A stretch of DNA of 64,000 nucleotides from Alphaproteobacteria bacterium. GTDB lineage: Bacteria; Pseudomonadota; Alphaproteobacteria; MPNO01. The stretch lies in the NCBI GenBank assembly GCA_964291675.2, contig OZ219866.1, positions 2,080,001 to 2,144,000 of the forward strand, written 5' to 3'. The notes under the pieces are model-generated. The model did no database searches, had not been told where the DNA came from, and saw nothing but the letters and a program-made list of their open reading frames with translations. Below are positions 54,551-64,000 of this stretch, in pieces. The first letter of the stretch is position 1; every line of letters starts with the position of its first letter. The translations under genes and the position numbers were made by a program.

Positions 54551-54767
54551 CGGCGGGGCGGATCGCTCTCGTGGAGCGCCCGGACGATCCCGGGCAGGTC
54601 GTGGATGCTCTTGCCCAGGATGCCGAAAAGCGTGCGGCGAACGCAGCGCGGCCGGTCTTCCATGGCGGCGCCCTCCGGTTCAGCTTGCCGGGCGTTCCTC
54701 CTCGACCCGCCCGCCGACGGCCGGCCCGCCGGCTGCCGCGACCTTCTTGCCGGCCCGTTCGACCGAT

Positions 54768-56280
54768 TCAACCCGCCCGCGCGTGCGGAACCGCCTTGGC
54801 GATCTTCTCGATCCCTTCCGGAATGAGGGAGTCGCCGATCACCGAGTATCCCAGGCGGATGTGGTTGCGGTGGTTCTTTTCGTCCGAGAACGTGAAACCG
54901 CCGGTCTCGAAGAACACGCCGTCGGCCTCGACCAGGTCGCGCAGGACGCCCGCATCCGACTCCTCCGGCAAGCGCAGCCAGATGATCGCGCCGCCGTATT
55001 CCGGCTTGGCCGAAGCGCCCGGAAAATGCGACTCGAGAGCTTCGTGCATCACGTCGCATCGCTGCTTCGTGCATCACGTCGCATCGCTGCTTGTAGATCT
55101 TCGTGAGCTTGGCCACGAAGCGGTCGAAATATCCCCGTTGCAGGAACAGCGCCACGCTCCTCTGGTTGTTCACCGGCGGGTGGCGGATGAGGTGGTGGCG
55201 CAGCGCCCGGGCTTCCCGGATGAACTCCCGATCCGCGACCAGGTATCCGATGCGCAGCCCCGGCAGCAGCGACTTCGAGAGGGTGCCGACATAGATGACG
55301 TTGCCCCAGCCGTCGAGGCCCTTCAGCGCCTGCGGCGGGGTCAGGTCGAAGCCGATGTCGGATTCGTAGTCGTCCTCGATCACGAACTGGCCGTTCTTCC
55401 TGGTGATCTCCAGCAGCGCGCGTTTTCGTTCGAGCGGCATGGTGACGGTGGTCGGAAACTGGTGGGTCGGGGTGACGAAGAGACATTTGCAGGCATTCAT
55501 CTCGTCGGACAGGACCAGCCCGTCCCGGTCCACCGGGAGCCGCCGCACCCGCACGCGCTCCATGCGAGCCATGTTGATCGCATCCGGGTAGCCGGGATCC
55601 TCGACACCGATGGTATCGCCCGGCGACAGGAGCAGCCTGATCGCCAAATAGAGGGCCTGTTGACCGCCGACGGTGACCAGGATCTCGTCGGGATGCGCGA
55701 CGATGCCGCGTCTTGAGAGCACGCGCTGGATGAGTTGCTCGATCAGCATCTGATCGTCGGTGTTGGAATAGTCCGCGGCCCAGTTGCGGACCTCGACGAC
55801 ATTCACCGAATCGCGCACGCATTCGCGCCAGCTCTGGATGGGGAACAGCGAGGGGTCGATCAGCCCGCATACGAAGGGGTAGCGGTAGCGGACCAGACAA
55901 TCCGCAGGCTTCGCCACGTGCTGGAGGTCGAAGCTGCGGTCTTGGAAGAACGCACGGTAGTCGATCCTGTCGCGCGGCGAGGCAAGGTCGGCCGGCACGT
56001 CCGGCTTCAGCGCGTGACCCGGATCGATGAGAACGTCCGGGTTGATGAAGAAGCCGGAGCGATTTCTCGACTCCACGAAGCCGTCCTGCTTGAGCCCGTC
56101 ATAGGCCAGGGCGACCGTGGTCACGCTCACCTTGAGCTCCGAGGACAGCCGGCGAATCGACGGAAGGGGGCGATGCAGCGGGTGTTGGCGATTGACGATA
56201 CCGATCGCGATCTGCCGCCGGATCTGCTTCTGGATGCTTTCCGGGGAGTCCCGGTCGATCGCCACCATGTTCTCATACAT
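54768..56280 (-). pseudogene. MocR/GntR-family PLP-dependent regulator, frameshifted by a 25-bp tandem duplication
   Basis: wHTH LPSIRRLS, EDPGY, TPTHQFPT, IEDDY, GTLSKSLLPGLRIGY. The proper C-terminus (GGAIIWLRLP...IRLGYS) lies in a different frame (54768-55052). Confidence 0.85.
55039..55088. repeat. Perfect 25-bp tandem duplication
   Basis: GCTTCGTGCATCACGTCGCATCGCT twice (55039-55063, 55064-55088). Confidence 0.95.
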
Positions 56281-56484
56281 CGGGAACTTTCCCCCTTGCG
56301 ACGGAGCGCGCCCGCCGGGTTGTCCGGGGCGGGAGCATCCCCCTGTTCTGTATGTATTTCATTTTCTGACTGTATATAGGAGCCCGGTCGGACCCGCCAT
56401 AGGCTCGCTCGCACCCGCATCGAGCGAGGCGGCGGAACCGTGCGGCCGCCGCTTCCTCGGACGGCGAACTTCCGGGGAAAAGGC

Positions 56485-58140
56485 GTGCGAAGCGACGAAC
56501 AGTATCTCGGGATCGAACGCTCGCTGCAGCGCGCCTGGGCCAAGGGCGCGGGGCTGATCGACGAGGAGTTCGCCCGCCCGATGATCGCGGTCGTCAACAC
56601 CTGCCAGGAGTTCTCGCCCGAGAACATCCACCTCCGGCAGGTCGGCGACGCGGTCAAGGCGGGCATCCGCATGGCCGGCGGCACGCCCTGCGAGTTCAAC
56701 ACGTTCCACGTCACCGACTCGGAGACCTTCGCCTCCGTCGGCATGCGCTACGTGCTGCCGAGCCGCGACCTCGTCGCCGACATGATCGAGCTCATGGTCG
56801 AGGGCCACCGCTTCGACGCGATGGTGCTGATCGGCTCCGGCGACAAGGTGGTGCCCGGGATGGCGATGGCGGCGGCGCGCCTGGACCTCCCCTCCATCCT
56901 GCTCTATGGCGGGCCGACCCGTGCGGGGGTCTGGCGCAACCGCAAGGTGTTCCTCGAAACCGTCTATGACGGCGTGGGCGAGCACCTGCGGGGCAAGCTC
57001 TCCGAAGCGGATTTGAAGGGTCTCGAGGACAACCACTTCCCGTTCGCCGGCGCCTGCGACACCGCGACATCGGGGAACACCGCGGGAATCTACACCGAGG
57101 CCCTGGGCCTCGCTTTGCCCAACAGCGGCACCCTGCCGGCGGGCAGCAATTTCCAGCTCCGCGCCGCCAAGTACACCGGCATGCGGATCATGGAGATGGT
57201 GGCGGAGGATTTGCGCCCTTCCCGGATCCTCACCCGCGAGGCCTTCGAGAACGCCATGCGGGTCGGCATGGCGATCGGCGGCTCGACCAACATGGTGCTG
57301 CACATGATCGCCATGGCGAAGGAAGCCGGCGTGGAGGTGACCTTCGATAGCTGGGACCGGCTCAGCCGGGAGACGCCGACCCTGGTCAAGCTGGCGCCGT
57401 CCGGGCCGTGGGGGATGACCGATCTCGGCGATGCCGGCGGCGTGCCGGCGGTCATGAAGGCGCTGGGGAACCTCATCCACCCGGGCGCGGCGACCGTCAG
57501 CGGCAGGACCGCCGGAGACCTCGTCCGGGAAGCGGAGATAGGGAACCCGGACTGCATTCGCCGCAGGAACCGCCCGGTCGAATCGGAGGGCTCGATCTAC
57601 ATCCTGCGGGGCAGCCTCGCCCCCGGCGGAGCGGTGGTCAAAGCCTCGGGCGTCGCCCGGGAAATGTGGGATGCCGTCTTGCCGGCCCGGGTCTTCGAAG
57701 ACGAGGAAGGCGCGATCGACGCGCTGCGCAATCGGGACATCCGGCCGGGCACCTGCATCGTCATCCGCAACGAGGGCACAAGGGGCGGTCCCGGGATGCG
57801 CGAGATGCTGGGCGCCACCTCCGCCCTGATGGGGGCGGGGCTCGGCACGAGCTGCGCCCTGGTCACCGACGGCCGCTTCTCAGGTGCCACGCACGGCCCC
57901 GCCATCGGCTACGTCACCCCCGAGGCGGCGCGCGGCGGACCGATCGCGCTGGTGGAGGACGGCGACCGGATCCACATCGACCTGTCGGATCGCAAGCTGG
58001 ATCTGCTGGTGGCTCCCGAGGCGCTGGAGGAGCGCGGGAGCCGGTACGCACCCATGCCCCCGCGGGTTACGCGCGGCTATCTCAAGCACTACGCGGACAC
58101 CGTGGCGCCCGCCTCGGAAGGGGCGGTGATGCCCCGCTAG
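56485..58140 (+). CDS. IlvD/Edd-family dehydratase, divergent at the Fe-S ligand positions
   Basis: SRDLVAD, NAMR...[43 protein letters not shown]. Confidence 0.9.
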   Translation: MRSDEQYLGIERSLQRAWAKGAGLIDEEFARPMIAVVNTCQEFSPENIHLRQVGDAVKAGIRMAGGTPCEFNTFHVTDSETFASVGMRYVLPSRDLVADMIELMVEGHRFDAMVLIGSGDKVVPGMAMAAARLDLPSILLYGGPTRAGVWRNRKVFLETVYDGVGEHLRGKLSEADLKGLEDNHFPFAGACDTATSGNTAGIYTEALGLALPNSGTLPAGSNFQLRAAKYTGMRIMEMVAEDLRPSRILTREAFENAMRVGMAIGGSTNMVLHMIAMAKEAGVEVTFDSWDRLSRETPTLVKLAPSGPWGMTDLGDAGGVPAVMKALGNLIHPGAATVSGRTAGDLVREAEIGNPDCIRRRNRPVESEGSIYILRGSLAPGGAVVKASGVAREMWDAVLPARVFEDEEGAIDALRNRDIRPGTCIVIRNEGTRGGPGMREMLGATSALMGAGLGTSCALVTDGRFSGATHGPAIGYVTPEAARGGPIALVEDGDRIHIDLSDRKLDLLVAPEALEERGSRYAPMPPRVTRGYLKHYADTVAPASEGAVMPR

Positions 58141-58143
58141 GCG

Positions 58144-59259
58144 ATGGACGGCCCGATGCACATTGCCGTTGGCGACCGCGCCGGGAGCCCGCCCCCGCAA
58201 GGCCCGGCCGGGGCGGCGTGCGGCAAGGCCGCCTGTAGCGTCGTCACCAACGCCGCCTCCACCGGAATCGCGATCGACCGCAAACGGTTGAAGGCGCTGG
58301 CGCGCCGCAGCAACGCGCCCGGGTCGATCTATCTGGCGATCTGGGGTGCCGCGCTCGCGGTCGCCGGCTCCGCGGTCTGGTGGTCGCTGGGCACGGCCTG
58401 GGTCTGGCCGGCGATGCTGGCGTTCGGCGTGGCGATGTCGGTCCCCTCCTACGCGCTCAGCCACGAGACCGCGCACGGGACCGCGTTCCGCACGCGCTGG
58501 CTCAACGAGGCGGTGTTCTGGTTCACCTCGCTGCTCTACGGCGAGGAGCCGCTGCACCGGCGCTATACCCACACCAACCACCACACCCACACCTGGCATG
58601 TCGGACTCGACAGCCAGATGCCGTTCGACACGCCGCTCGACTTCAAGGGCTGGCTCTACGACATCAGCGGCCTCTCGGTGCACCGGTTCCAGGGCCGCGT
58701 GCTGTGGCAGCTCGCCACCAGGCGCTACACCAAGCTGATGCGCGAGGTGTCGCCGGCGGCCGAGCTGCCCAAGATGACCCGCAACGCGCGTCTGTTCGCC
58801 GTCGTCTATCTCGGACTCGCCGTTGCCGTCGCCTCGGGCGCGATGTGGCCGCTCTGGTTCTACGTCCTGCCGCGGCTTCTGGGCGGTCCGATCATGCTGA
58901 TGTTCAACATCGTCCAGCATGCCGAGATGCAGGAGGACTCCCCCTCGATCGTCGACAGCACGCGGAGCTTCCGAACGGATCGGCTGGGCCGGTTTCTCTA
59001 TCTCAACATGAACAACCACATCGAGCACCACCTCTACCCGCAGGTGCCGTTCTATTCGCTCCCGGCGCTGCACGAGGCGGTGGCCGAGCAGACCCCGGAA
59101 CCCGATCCCGGCTTCTGGCGCACCAATCTCGATCTGCTCCGGGTGGTCGTCCGGCGTTCGCTCGGGCGCGGCACCAGGGCCGCCTGGATCCGCCAGGCGC
59201 CGCACATGATCACCGACGGCGGCGGCTATTCGAAGATCGCACGGGCGACGATGCAGTGA
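58144..59259 (+). CDS. Membrane di-iron desaturase/oxygenase (MocD-like)
   Basis: His boxes HETAH, HTNHH, QH, HIEHH; PQVPFYSLP. Confidence 0.88.
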   Translation: MDGPMHIAVGDRAGSPPPQGPAGAACGKAACSVVTNAASTGIAIDRKRLKALARRSNAPGSIYLAIWGAALAVAGSAVWWSLGTAWVWPAMLAFGVAMSVPSYALSHETAHGTAFRTRWLNEAVFWFTSLLYGEEPLHRRYTHTNHHTHTWHVGLDSQMPFDTPLDFKGWLYDISGLSVHRFQGRVLWQLATRRYTKLMREVSPAAELPKMTRNARLFAVVYLGLAVAVASGAMWPLWFYVLPRLLGGPIMLMFNIVQHAEMQEDSPSIVDSTRSFRTDRLGRFLYLNMNNHIEHHLYPQVPFYSLPALHEAVAEQTPEPDPGFWRTNLDLLRVVVRRSLGRGTRAAWIRQAPHMITDGGGYSKIARATMQ

Positions 59260-60098
59260 AGCGCAAGCGCATCTACACCTATGGCGGCAGACCGGCGACG
59301 CGCAACTACACCGTCGCCGACATGATCGCGCTCAAGGGCCGGGCCAGGCTCTGCCAGACCTGCCCGGCGACCGAGGAGGAAGCGGCGGCCTGCGAGGCGG
59401 CCGGCATCGACGTGCTGAACGCCTCCGATGCGGACTACCCGGCGGTTCGGGCGGGCGCGCCCGAGACCTTCACCATCGCCGACCTGCCGATGACGGCCCA
59501 CCGGACGCCGGACGACATCCTGCGCGCCGCGGTCAGGGCGGCCGAGGCCGGGGCGGATGCGGTCTACACGCCGCGAAGCCTGCGAACGGTGGAGATGCTG
59601 GCGCGGGAAGGGCTCGCGGTGCAAGGCCATCTCGGGCTGGTGCCGCGGCTCTCCACCTGGCGCGGCGGGCTCAGGATCGTCGGCAAGACGGCGGAGGAGG
59701 CGCTCGATCTCGCCGAGGATTTCCGCCGGCTGGAAGACGCGGGCGCGTATGCGGCCGAGGTCGAGTGCGTGGCATCCGAGGCGCTGGCCGCCATCGCCCC
59801 GCGATCGGGGCTGGTCACCCATTCGATCGGCGCCGGCCCGGCGGGCGACGTGATCTTCATGTTCCTGGTCGACATCTGCGGCGAGCTGGAACGGTCCCCC
59901 GGCCACGCAAGGGCGTTCGCCGATCTGCGCTCGATGCGCCGGCAGATCGTCGACGAGCGCCGGCGCGCGCTCGGCGAGTACCGGGAAGCGGTGATGGATG
60001 GCCGCTACCCGGACGCCGGGACCTCGGTCGCCATGCTCGCGGGCGAGCACGAGAAGCTGGTCGAGGCGCTGGATGCGCGCCCGGCGTTCGCGTCGTGA
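59256..60098 (+). CDS. PanB-like (ketopantoate hydroxymethyltransferase-family) protein, divergent
   Basis: AGIDV, DLP, GADAV, QGHLGLVP, GKTAEEA, AGAYAAEVECV, SIGAG; lacks the canonical VGDS metal-binding motif. Confidence 0.75.
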   Translation: MKRKRIYTYGGRPATRNYTVADMIALKGRARLCQTCPATEEEAAACEAAGIDVLNASDADYPAVRAGAPETFTIADLPMTAHRTPDDILRAAVRAAEAGADAVYTPRSLRTVEMLAREGLAVQGHLGLVPRLSTWRGGLRIVGKTAEEALDLAEDFRRLEDAGAYAAEVECVASEALAAIAPRSGLVTHSIGAGPAGDVIFMFLVDICGELERSPGHARAFADLRSMRRQIVDERRRALGEYREAVMDGRYPDAGTSVAMLAGEHEKLVEALDARPAFAS

Positions 60099-60108
60099 GG
60101 GTGTGACG

Positions 60109-60417
60109 GTGCCCGAGTGGATCCACGCCTGCGCCTGCGACGAGATCGACGAAGAGGATCTGATCCGTTGGGACCACGCGGGCCGAACCTACGCGATCTA
60201 CCGGGCCGAGGACGGGTTCTACTGCACCGACGGCATGTGCACCCACGAGGCGACCCATCTGGAGCAGGGGCTTCTGACCGGCCACGTCATCGAGTGCCCG
60301 CTGCATCAGGGCCGGTTCGATATCCGCTCCGGCAAGGTGGTCTCGCCGCCGCCCCACGCGGCGCTCAACACCTATCCGGTGAAGACGGAGAACGGACAGG
60401 TCTACGTCAGGCTTTGA
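60109..60417 (+). CDS. Rieske [2Fe-2S] ferredoxin (MocE-like)
   Basis: IDEEDLIRWDH, TDGMCTHE, IECPLHQGRFD. Confidence 0.92.
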   Translation: MPEWIHACACDEIDEEDLIRWDHAGRTYAIYRAEDGFYCTDGMCTHEATHLEQGLLTGHVIECPLHQGRFDIRSGKVVSPPPHAALNTYPVKTENGQVYVRL

Positions 60418-60480
60418 CCTGGAGGCAGGGCGCAAACGGAGGATCGCGCCGAAACGGAGTGTCGCAACAAGGAGACAGCT

Positions 60481-61494
60481 ATGCAAAACACGCTGAGAAA
60501 ATGGCTATTGCACGGCCTGACGGCCGCGGCGATCACGTCGGCCGCAGCCGCGATTCCGGCACAGGCGAAGGAGAAGTTCATCTTCGCCCACGCCATGAAC
60601 ACCGATCACGTGTTCCACGCGCTCTCGCAGCGCTTCATCTCCGAGCTCAAGGGCAGCGAGGAGATCTCGATCGCCTATCACCCGGGCGGCGATCTGGGCG
60701 ACTGGACGTCATTGTTCGAGCAGTCGATGCAGGGCGTCGTGCCGATGACGCTCACCTGGGCGTCGTCCGACTTCGACAAGCGCCTCGACCTCATCTATCT
60801 CGGCTACATCGTGTCGAACTGGAAGGACGCGAAGAAGCTCTACGGCCCGGGCGCCGGCATGCTCGGGGTCTACAACGACATGCTGGGCGATCTCGGCCTG
60901 CATGCCGTGGGCATCATCCCGACCGATTTCGGCTCGGTGGTGATCCGCAAGGGCGTCGGCAAGCTGCCCCTCAACTATCCCGGCGACCCGAAGGGCATGA
61001 AGATCCGGGTGCCGGGGCTGTCGATCGCCGTCGACCGTTTCAACAGCCTGGGCTTCGCGGCGGTGCCGATCCCGCTCTCCGAGGTGCATACCGCGCTGCA
61101 GCTCGGCACCGTGGACGCGCGTTCGTTCTCGACCGCGGTCGAGACCTACACGCTGCGCGACGTGCTGGAGGCAAACATCCTCACCAACGACTATTTCGAG
61201 GTCGCCTTCTGGCTGGTCAACAAGAAGTGGTGGGACGGGCTGCCGGCCGATGTGCGCTCGGCGTTGCAGGCCGCGGCCGACAAGACCATCGCCTGGTCCT
61301 GGGAGGAGGCGGAGCGCAAGAGCAACGAGTTCCTGCAAAAGGCGCGCGACGCCGGCATCAAGGTCGTCGAGCTGGACGACGCGCAGATGAGCGCCGCCAA
61401 GCAGATCGTCTACGACAAGGAGTGGCCGAAGATGGAGTCCGTGGTCGGCAAGGCGACCATGGACAAGATCCGGCAGATCGTCGGCGTGAAATAG
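60481..61494 (+). CDS. dctP: TRAP transporter solute-binding protein DctP
   Basis: Signal peptide, GMKIRV, SEVHTALQLGTVD, WWDGLP. Confidence 0.9.
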   Translation: MQNTLRKWLLHGLTAAAITSAAAAIPAQAKEKFIFAHAMNTDHVFHALSQRFISELKGSEEISIAYHPGGDLGDWTSLFEQSMQGVVPMTLTWASSDFDKRLDLIYLGYIVSNWKDAKKLYGPGAGMLGVYNDMLGDLGLHAVGIIPTDFGSVVIRKGVGKLPLNYPGDPKGMKIRVPGLSIAVDRFNSLGFAAVPIPLSEVHTALQLGTVDARSFSTAVETYTLRDVLEANILTNDYFEVAFWLVNKKWWDGLPADVRSALQAAADKTIAWSWEEAERKSNEFLQKARDAGIKVVELDDAQMSAAKQIVYDKEWPKMESVVGKATMDKIRQIVGVK

Positions 61495-61571
61495 TGAGGC
61501 CCGAGTCTCGTTCTGGGAACCCGTCCGGGCGCTCCGGCGCCCGGACGGTCCATTGAGCACGAGGCGCCGGC

Positions 61572-62216
61572 ATGGACAGGAAATCCGAACAGCGCCCGCA
61601 CCCGCCGGTGGGCGCGGACTCGTTCATCTACGACCCCGAGCTCGCCTCGCCCGAGCCGCCGCCGCATCTGACGGCGATCCCGGAGGGCGCGCTGGCGGAG
61701 AGGCTGCGCCCGCTGATCGCCGTCGAAGCGGTTCTCGAACGCATATTTTACGTCTTCATCATCGCGTTCGGGCTCTGTCTCGCCGCCCTGATGTTCACCC
61801 AGGTGGTGCTCAGATACGTCTTCGCATCGCCCTTCGTCGGCATCGAGGAGCTCTCGCTGCTGTTCGGCGCCTGGTTCTACTTCCTCGGCATCGCCTATGT
61901 GACGCGCAACGGCGAGCACATCCACGGCGGCATCCTGACCATGGTGGTGGCGAACCGGAATGCCATCCGCGCGGTCCGTCTCGCCATGACCGCGCTCGCC
62001 ATCGCGGCCTGCGTGCTGTTCGGCTACTTCGCCGTCAACTACGCCCTGTTCGAGATCCAGACCGGCCGGCTCAGCTCCTATATGCGCTGGCCGAAGGGCT
62101 GGTGGTCGGCGTCCCTGATATTCGGCTTCGTCGGCACCGCGCTGTACATGGTGCTCCAGGCCGCAAACCAGGCGGTCGACCTCGTCGTACACCTGCGCGG
62201 GAAGGCGGAGGACTAG
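61572..62216 (+). CDS. dctQ: TRAP transporter small permease DctQ
   Basis: QVVLRYVF, EELS, GEHI; four TM segments. Confidence 0.88.
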   Translation: MDRKSEQRPHPPVGADSFIYDPELASPEPPPHLTAIPEGALAERLRPLIAVEAVLERIFYVFIIAFGLCLAALMFTQVVLRYVFASPFVGIEELSLLFGAWFYFLGIAYVTRNGEHIHGGILTMVVANRNAIRAVRLAMTALAIAACVLFGYFAVNYALFEIQTGRLSSYMRWPKGWWSASLIFGFVGTALYMVLQAANQAVDLVVHLRGKAED

Positions 62217-62218
62217 CT

Positions 62219-63523
62219 ATGCTGGCCTTCGTTATCTCCCTCGCGCTCATCGTCGTCCTGCTGCTCGCGGAGATGCCGATCGCCTTTGCCTTCGGGATCG
62301 GCGCGCTGGTCTTCGGCGTCTGGTCGGGTTCGGACGTGTCGTTCCTCATCCCCTACGCCTACCAGACGACGTCGAGCTTCGCCCTGCTCGCCCTGCCCCT
62401 GTTCGTCATGGCCGGCACGCTGATGGCCCAGGGCGGGATCTCCGACCGCCTGCTCGCCTTCGTCAACGCCTTCATCGGCCGGCTCAAGGGCGGGCTCGGG
62501 GCGGTGACGGTGGTGACCTGCGCGCTGTTCGGGGCGATCTCCGGCTCCTCGTCGGCCGCGATCGCGGCGATCGGCCAGATCATGATCCCGCGCATGATCC
62601 GGGAGGGATACCCGGCCGGCCACGCCACCGCGCTGGTCGCCTGTTCGTCGGTCCTTGCGCTGATGATCCCGCCCTCGATCCCGATGATCGTGTTCGCGGT
62701 GACCGGGGGGATCTCCGTAGGCGCGGCCTTCCTCTCGACCGTGATCCCGGGCGCCATCCTGACCCTCGTCTATGTCGGTCTCAACTTCCTGTTCCTGAGA
62801 AAGGTCGACACGATCGCCGTCGAGGAGCGGATTCCCCTGCCGCAGGCGGTGAGGCGGATCGGCCGGACCGGCAAGGAAGCCTTCTGGGCGCTGCTGATGC
62901 CGGTGATCATCCTCGGGACCATCTATTCCGGCATCGCGACGCCCACCGAGGCCGCCGCCATCGCGCTGGTCTTCGCGCTTGCCGTCGGGTTCCTGATCTA
63001 TCGCGGACTCACCTTCAGCAACTTCCCCTCGACCATCGCCCGCGCGGCGATCACCACCGGCTCGATCGTCGCGGTGCTGTTCTTCCTGTTCGTGATGAGC
63101 CGCGCGATGATCCTCCAGCAGGTCCCCAAGGAGGTCGCCGACGCCCTGGTGGCGCTGACCGAGAACCGGGTCATTGCGCTCTTGATTCTCAACGTGATCC
63201 TGCTGCTGATCGGAATGATCGTGGACGACGTCTCGGGCAGCGTGCTCGCGGCGATCGTGCTGTTACCCGTGGCGACCGAGATCGGCGTGCACCCGATCCA
63301 TTTTGCCGCCATCGTCGGCACCAATCTGGGCCTCGGGAACGTCTCCCCGCCCTGCGCGCCGATGCTCTACATGGCCGCCGGGGTCAGCAAGCTCACGCTC
63401 GACAAGTACTTCATGCCGACCATGAAGCTCCTGACCTTCGGCCATCTGCCGATGGTGATGATCGTCACCTTCGTCCCCGAGCTCTCGCTTACCCTGCCCC
63501 GGCTGGTTCTGGGGATCGCGTAG
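62219..63523 (+). CDS. dctM: TRAP transporter large permease DctM
   Basis: LPLFVMAG, GAISGSS, IPPSIPMI, TPTEAA, HPIHF, SPP. Confidence 0.93.
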   Translation: MLAFVISLALIVVLLLAEMPIAFAFGIGALVFGVWSGSDVSFLIPYAYQTTSSFALLALPLFVMAGTLMAQGGISDRLLAFVNAFIGRLKGGLGAVTVVTCALFGAISGSSSAAIAAIGQIMIPRMIREGYPAGHATALVACSSVLALMIPPSIPMIVFAVTGGISVGAAFLSTVIPGAILTLVYVGLNFLFLRKVDTIAVEERIPLPQAVRRIGRTGKEAFWALLMPVIILGTIYSGIATPTEAAAIALVFALAVGFLIYRGLTFSNFPSTIARAAITTGSIVAVLFFLFVMSRAMILQQVPKEVADALVALTENRVIALLILNVILLLIGMIVDDVSGSVLAAIVLLPVATEIGVHPIHFAAIVGTNLGLGNVSPPCAPMLYMAAGVSKLTLDKYFMPTMKLLTFGHLPMVMIVTFVPELSLTLPRLVLGIA

Positions 63524-63755
63524 CCGAACGAAGCGCGATCGGCGGGATGCGGGTCGGCGCGCATCGGCCGCCGGCATTCGATGCGACAGGATCGAACCGG
63601 GACTTCGATCGAATATCGGCCTCGGGGTTTACAGGCCCCGGCAACCGTGAACGGCGCCTCCGGGACCGGGTTTGCCCGCTTCGCCTTCCGCTCGGTAAGA
63701 TCGCGCCGGCACGCCGGACAGCGAGGCCGCGGGAAGACCGTGAAGGCGCCGCAGT

Positions 63756-64000
63756 ATGAAATTCAACTACTTCCACCTGATGCCGTGGACCGAGATCGAG
63801 GAGCCGGACCAGGACTGGCCGGTCGCCAACAGCAGGTTCGCGCCCGACCGCGCGACGGCGCTCTACGAGACCTATATCGACACCATGGTGTATGCCGAGG
63901 CGTGCGGGTTCGACTGGATCGGCTGCAACGAGCACCATTTCAGCCCCTACGGGCTGATGTCGAACTGCAATCTGATCGGATCGGTGCTGATCCAGCGCAC
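63756..64000 (+). CDS. Luciferase-like (LLM-class) flavin-dependent monooxygenase; runs off the window
   Basis: MKFNYFHLMPW...AEACGFDWIGCNEHHFSPYG (not in the ORF track; translated by hand). Confidence 0.85.
   Translation, partial: MKFNYFHLMPWTEIEEPDQDWPVANSRFAPDRATALYETYIDTMVYAEACGFDWIGCNEHHFSPYGLMSNCNLIGSVLIQR

Noticed and set aside
58144-60417. Assigning mocD/mocE/panB gene names and rhizopine or pantothenate function
   Set aside because: Only family-level similarity is evident; mocABC/mocF and panC are absent from the window and the PanB-like protein lacks the GDS motif.

Overview
A very GC-rich alphaproteobacterial chromosome segment (Rhodospirillales-like; inferred from gene content, tRNA/RNase P style and GcrA/DUF4169-type genes). 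Bases 1-2.6 kb end a catabolic cluster (Rieske oxygenase, NTF2/SnoaL protein, SDR) next to tRNA-Lys(CTT). Bases 3-21.7 kb are housekeeping genes: mreBCD-mrdA-rodA, leuA, ilvB-ilvN-[parDE]-ilvC, miaA, degP, hflKC, mrp and an MBL hydrolase. Bases 22-40 kb hold catabolic and transport genes (P450, DmdA-like and dimethylglycine-dehydrogenase-like genes, aldo/keto reductase, D-lactate-DH-like, DUF1445, an ABC transporter), plus djlA, a GcrA C-terminal-domain-only protein, an amidase and rnpB. These are interspersed with at least three families of palindromic repeats or MITEs. After rnpB is a mobile zone: a complete group II intron, an intact IS1634-family element, a methyltransferase-asnB pair, IS1380 and IS21 relics, and two ICMT-like genes with a two-component system. 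The window ends with a MocR-type regulator frameshifted by a 25-bp duplication, facing a divergent IlvD-like / MocD-like desaturase / PanB-like / MocE-like Rieske / TRAP / LLM cluster. The strongest finding is that the group II intron sits inside the terminal inverted repeat of a MITE. Its candidate EBS1 (TGAGAA) and EBS2 (ATGCGG) are together the exact complement of the MITE end core CCGCATTTCTCA, and two empty perfect targets remain in the window. All family assignments come from motif recognition by eye; no database searches were run.
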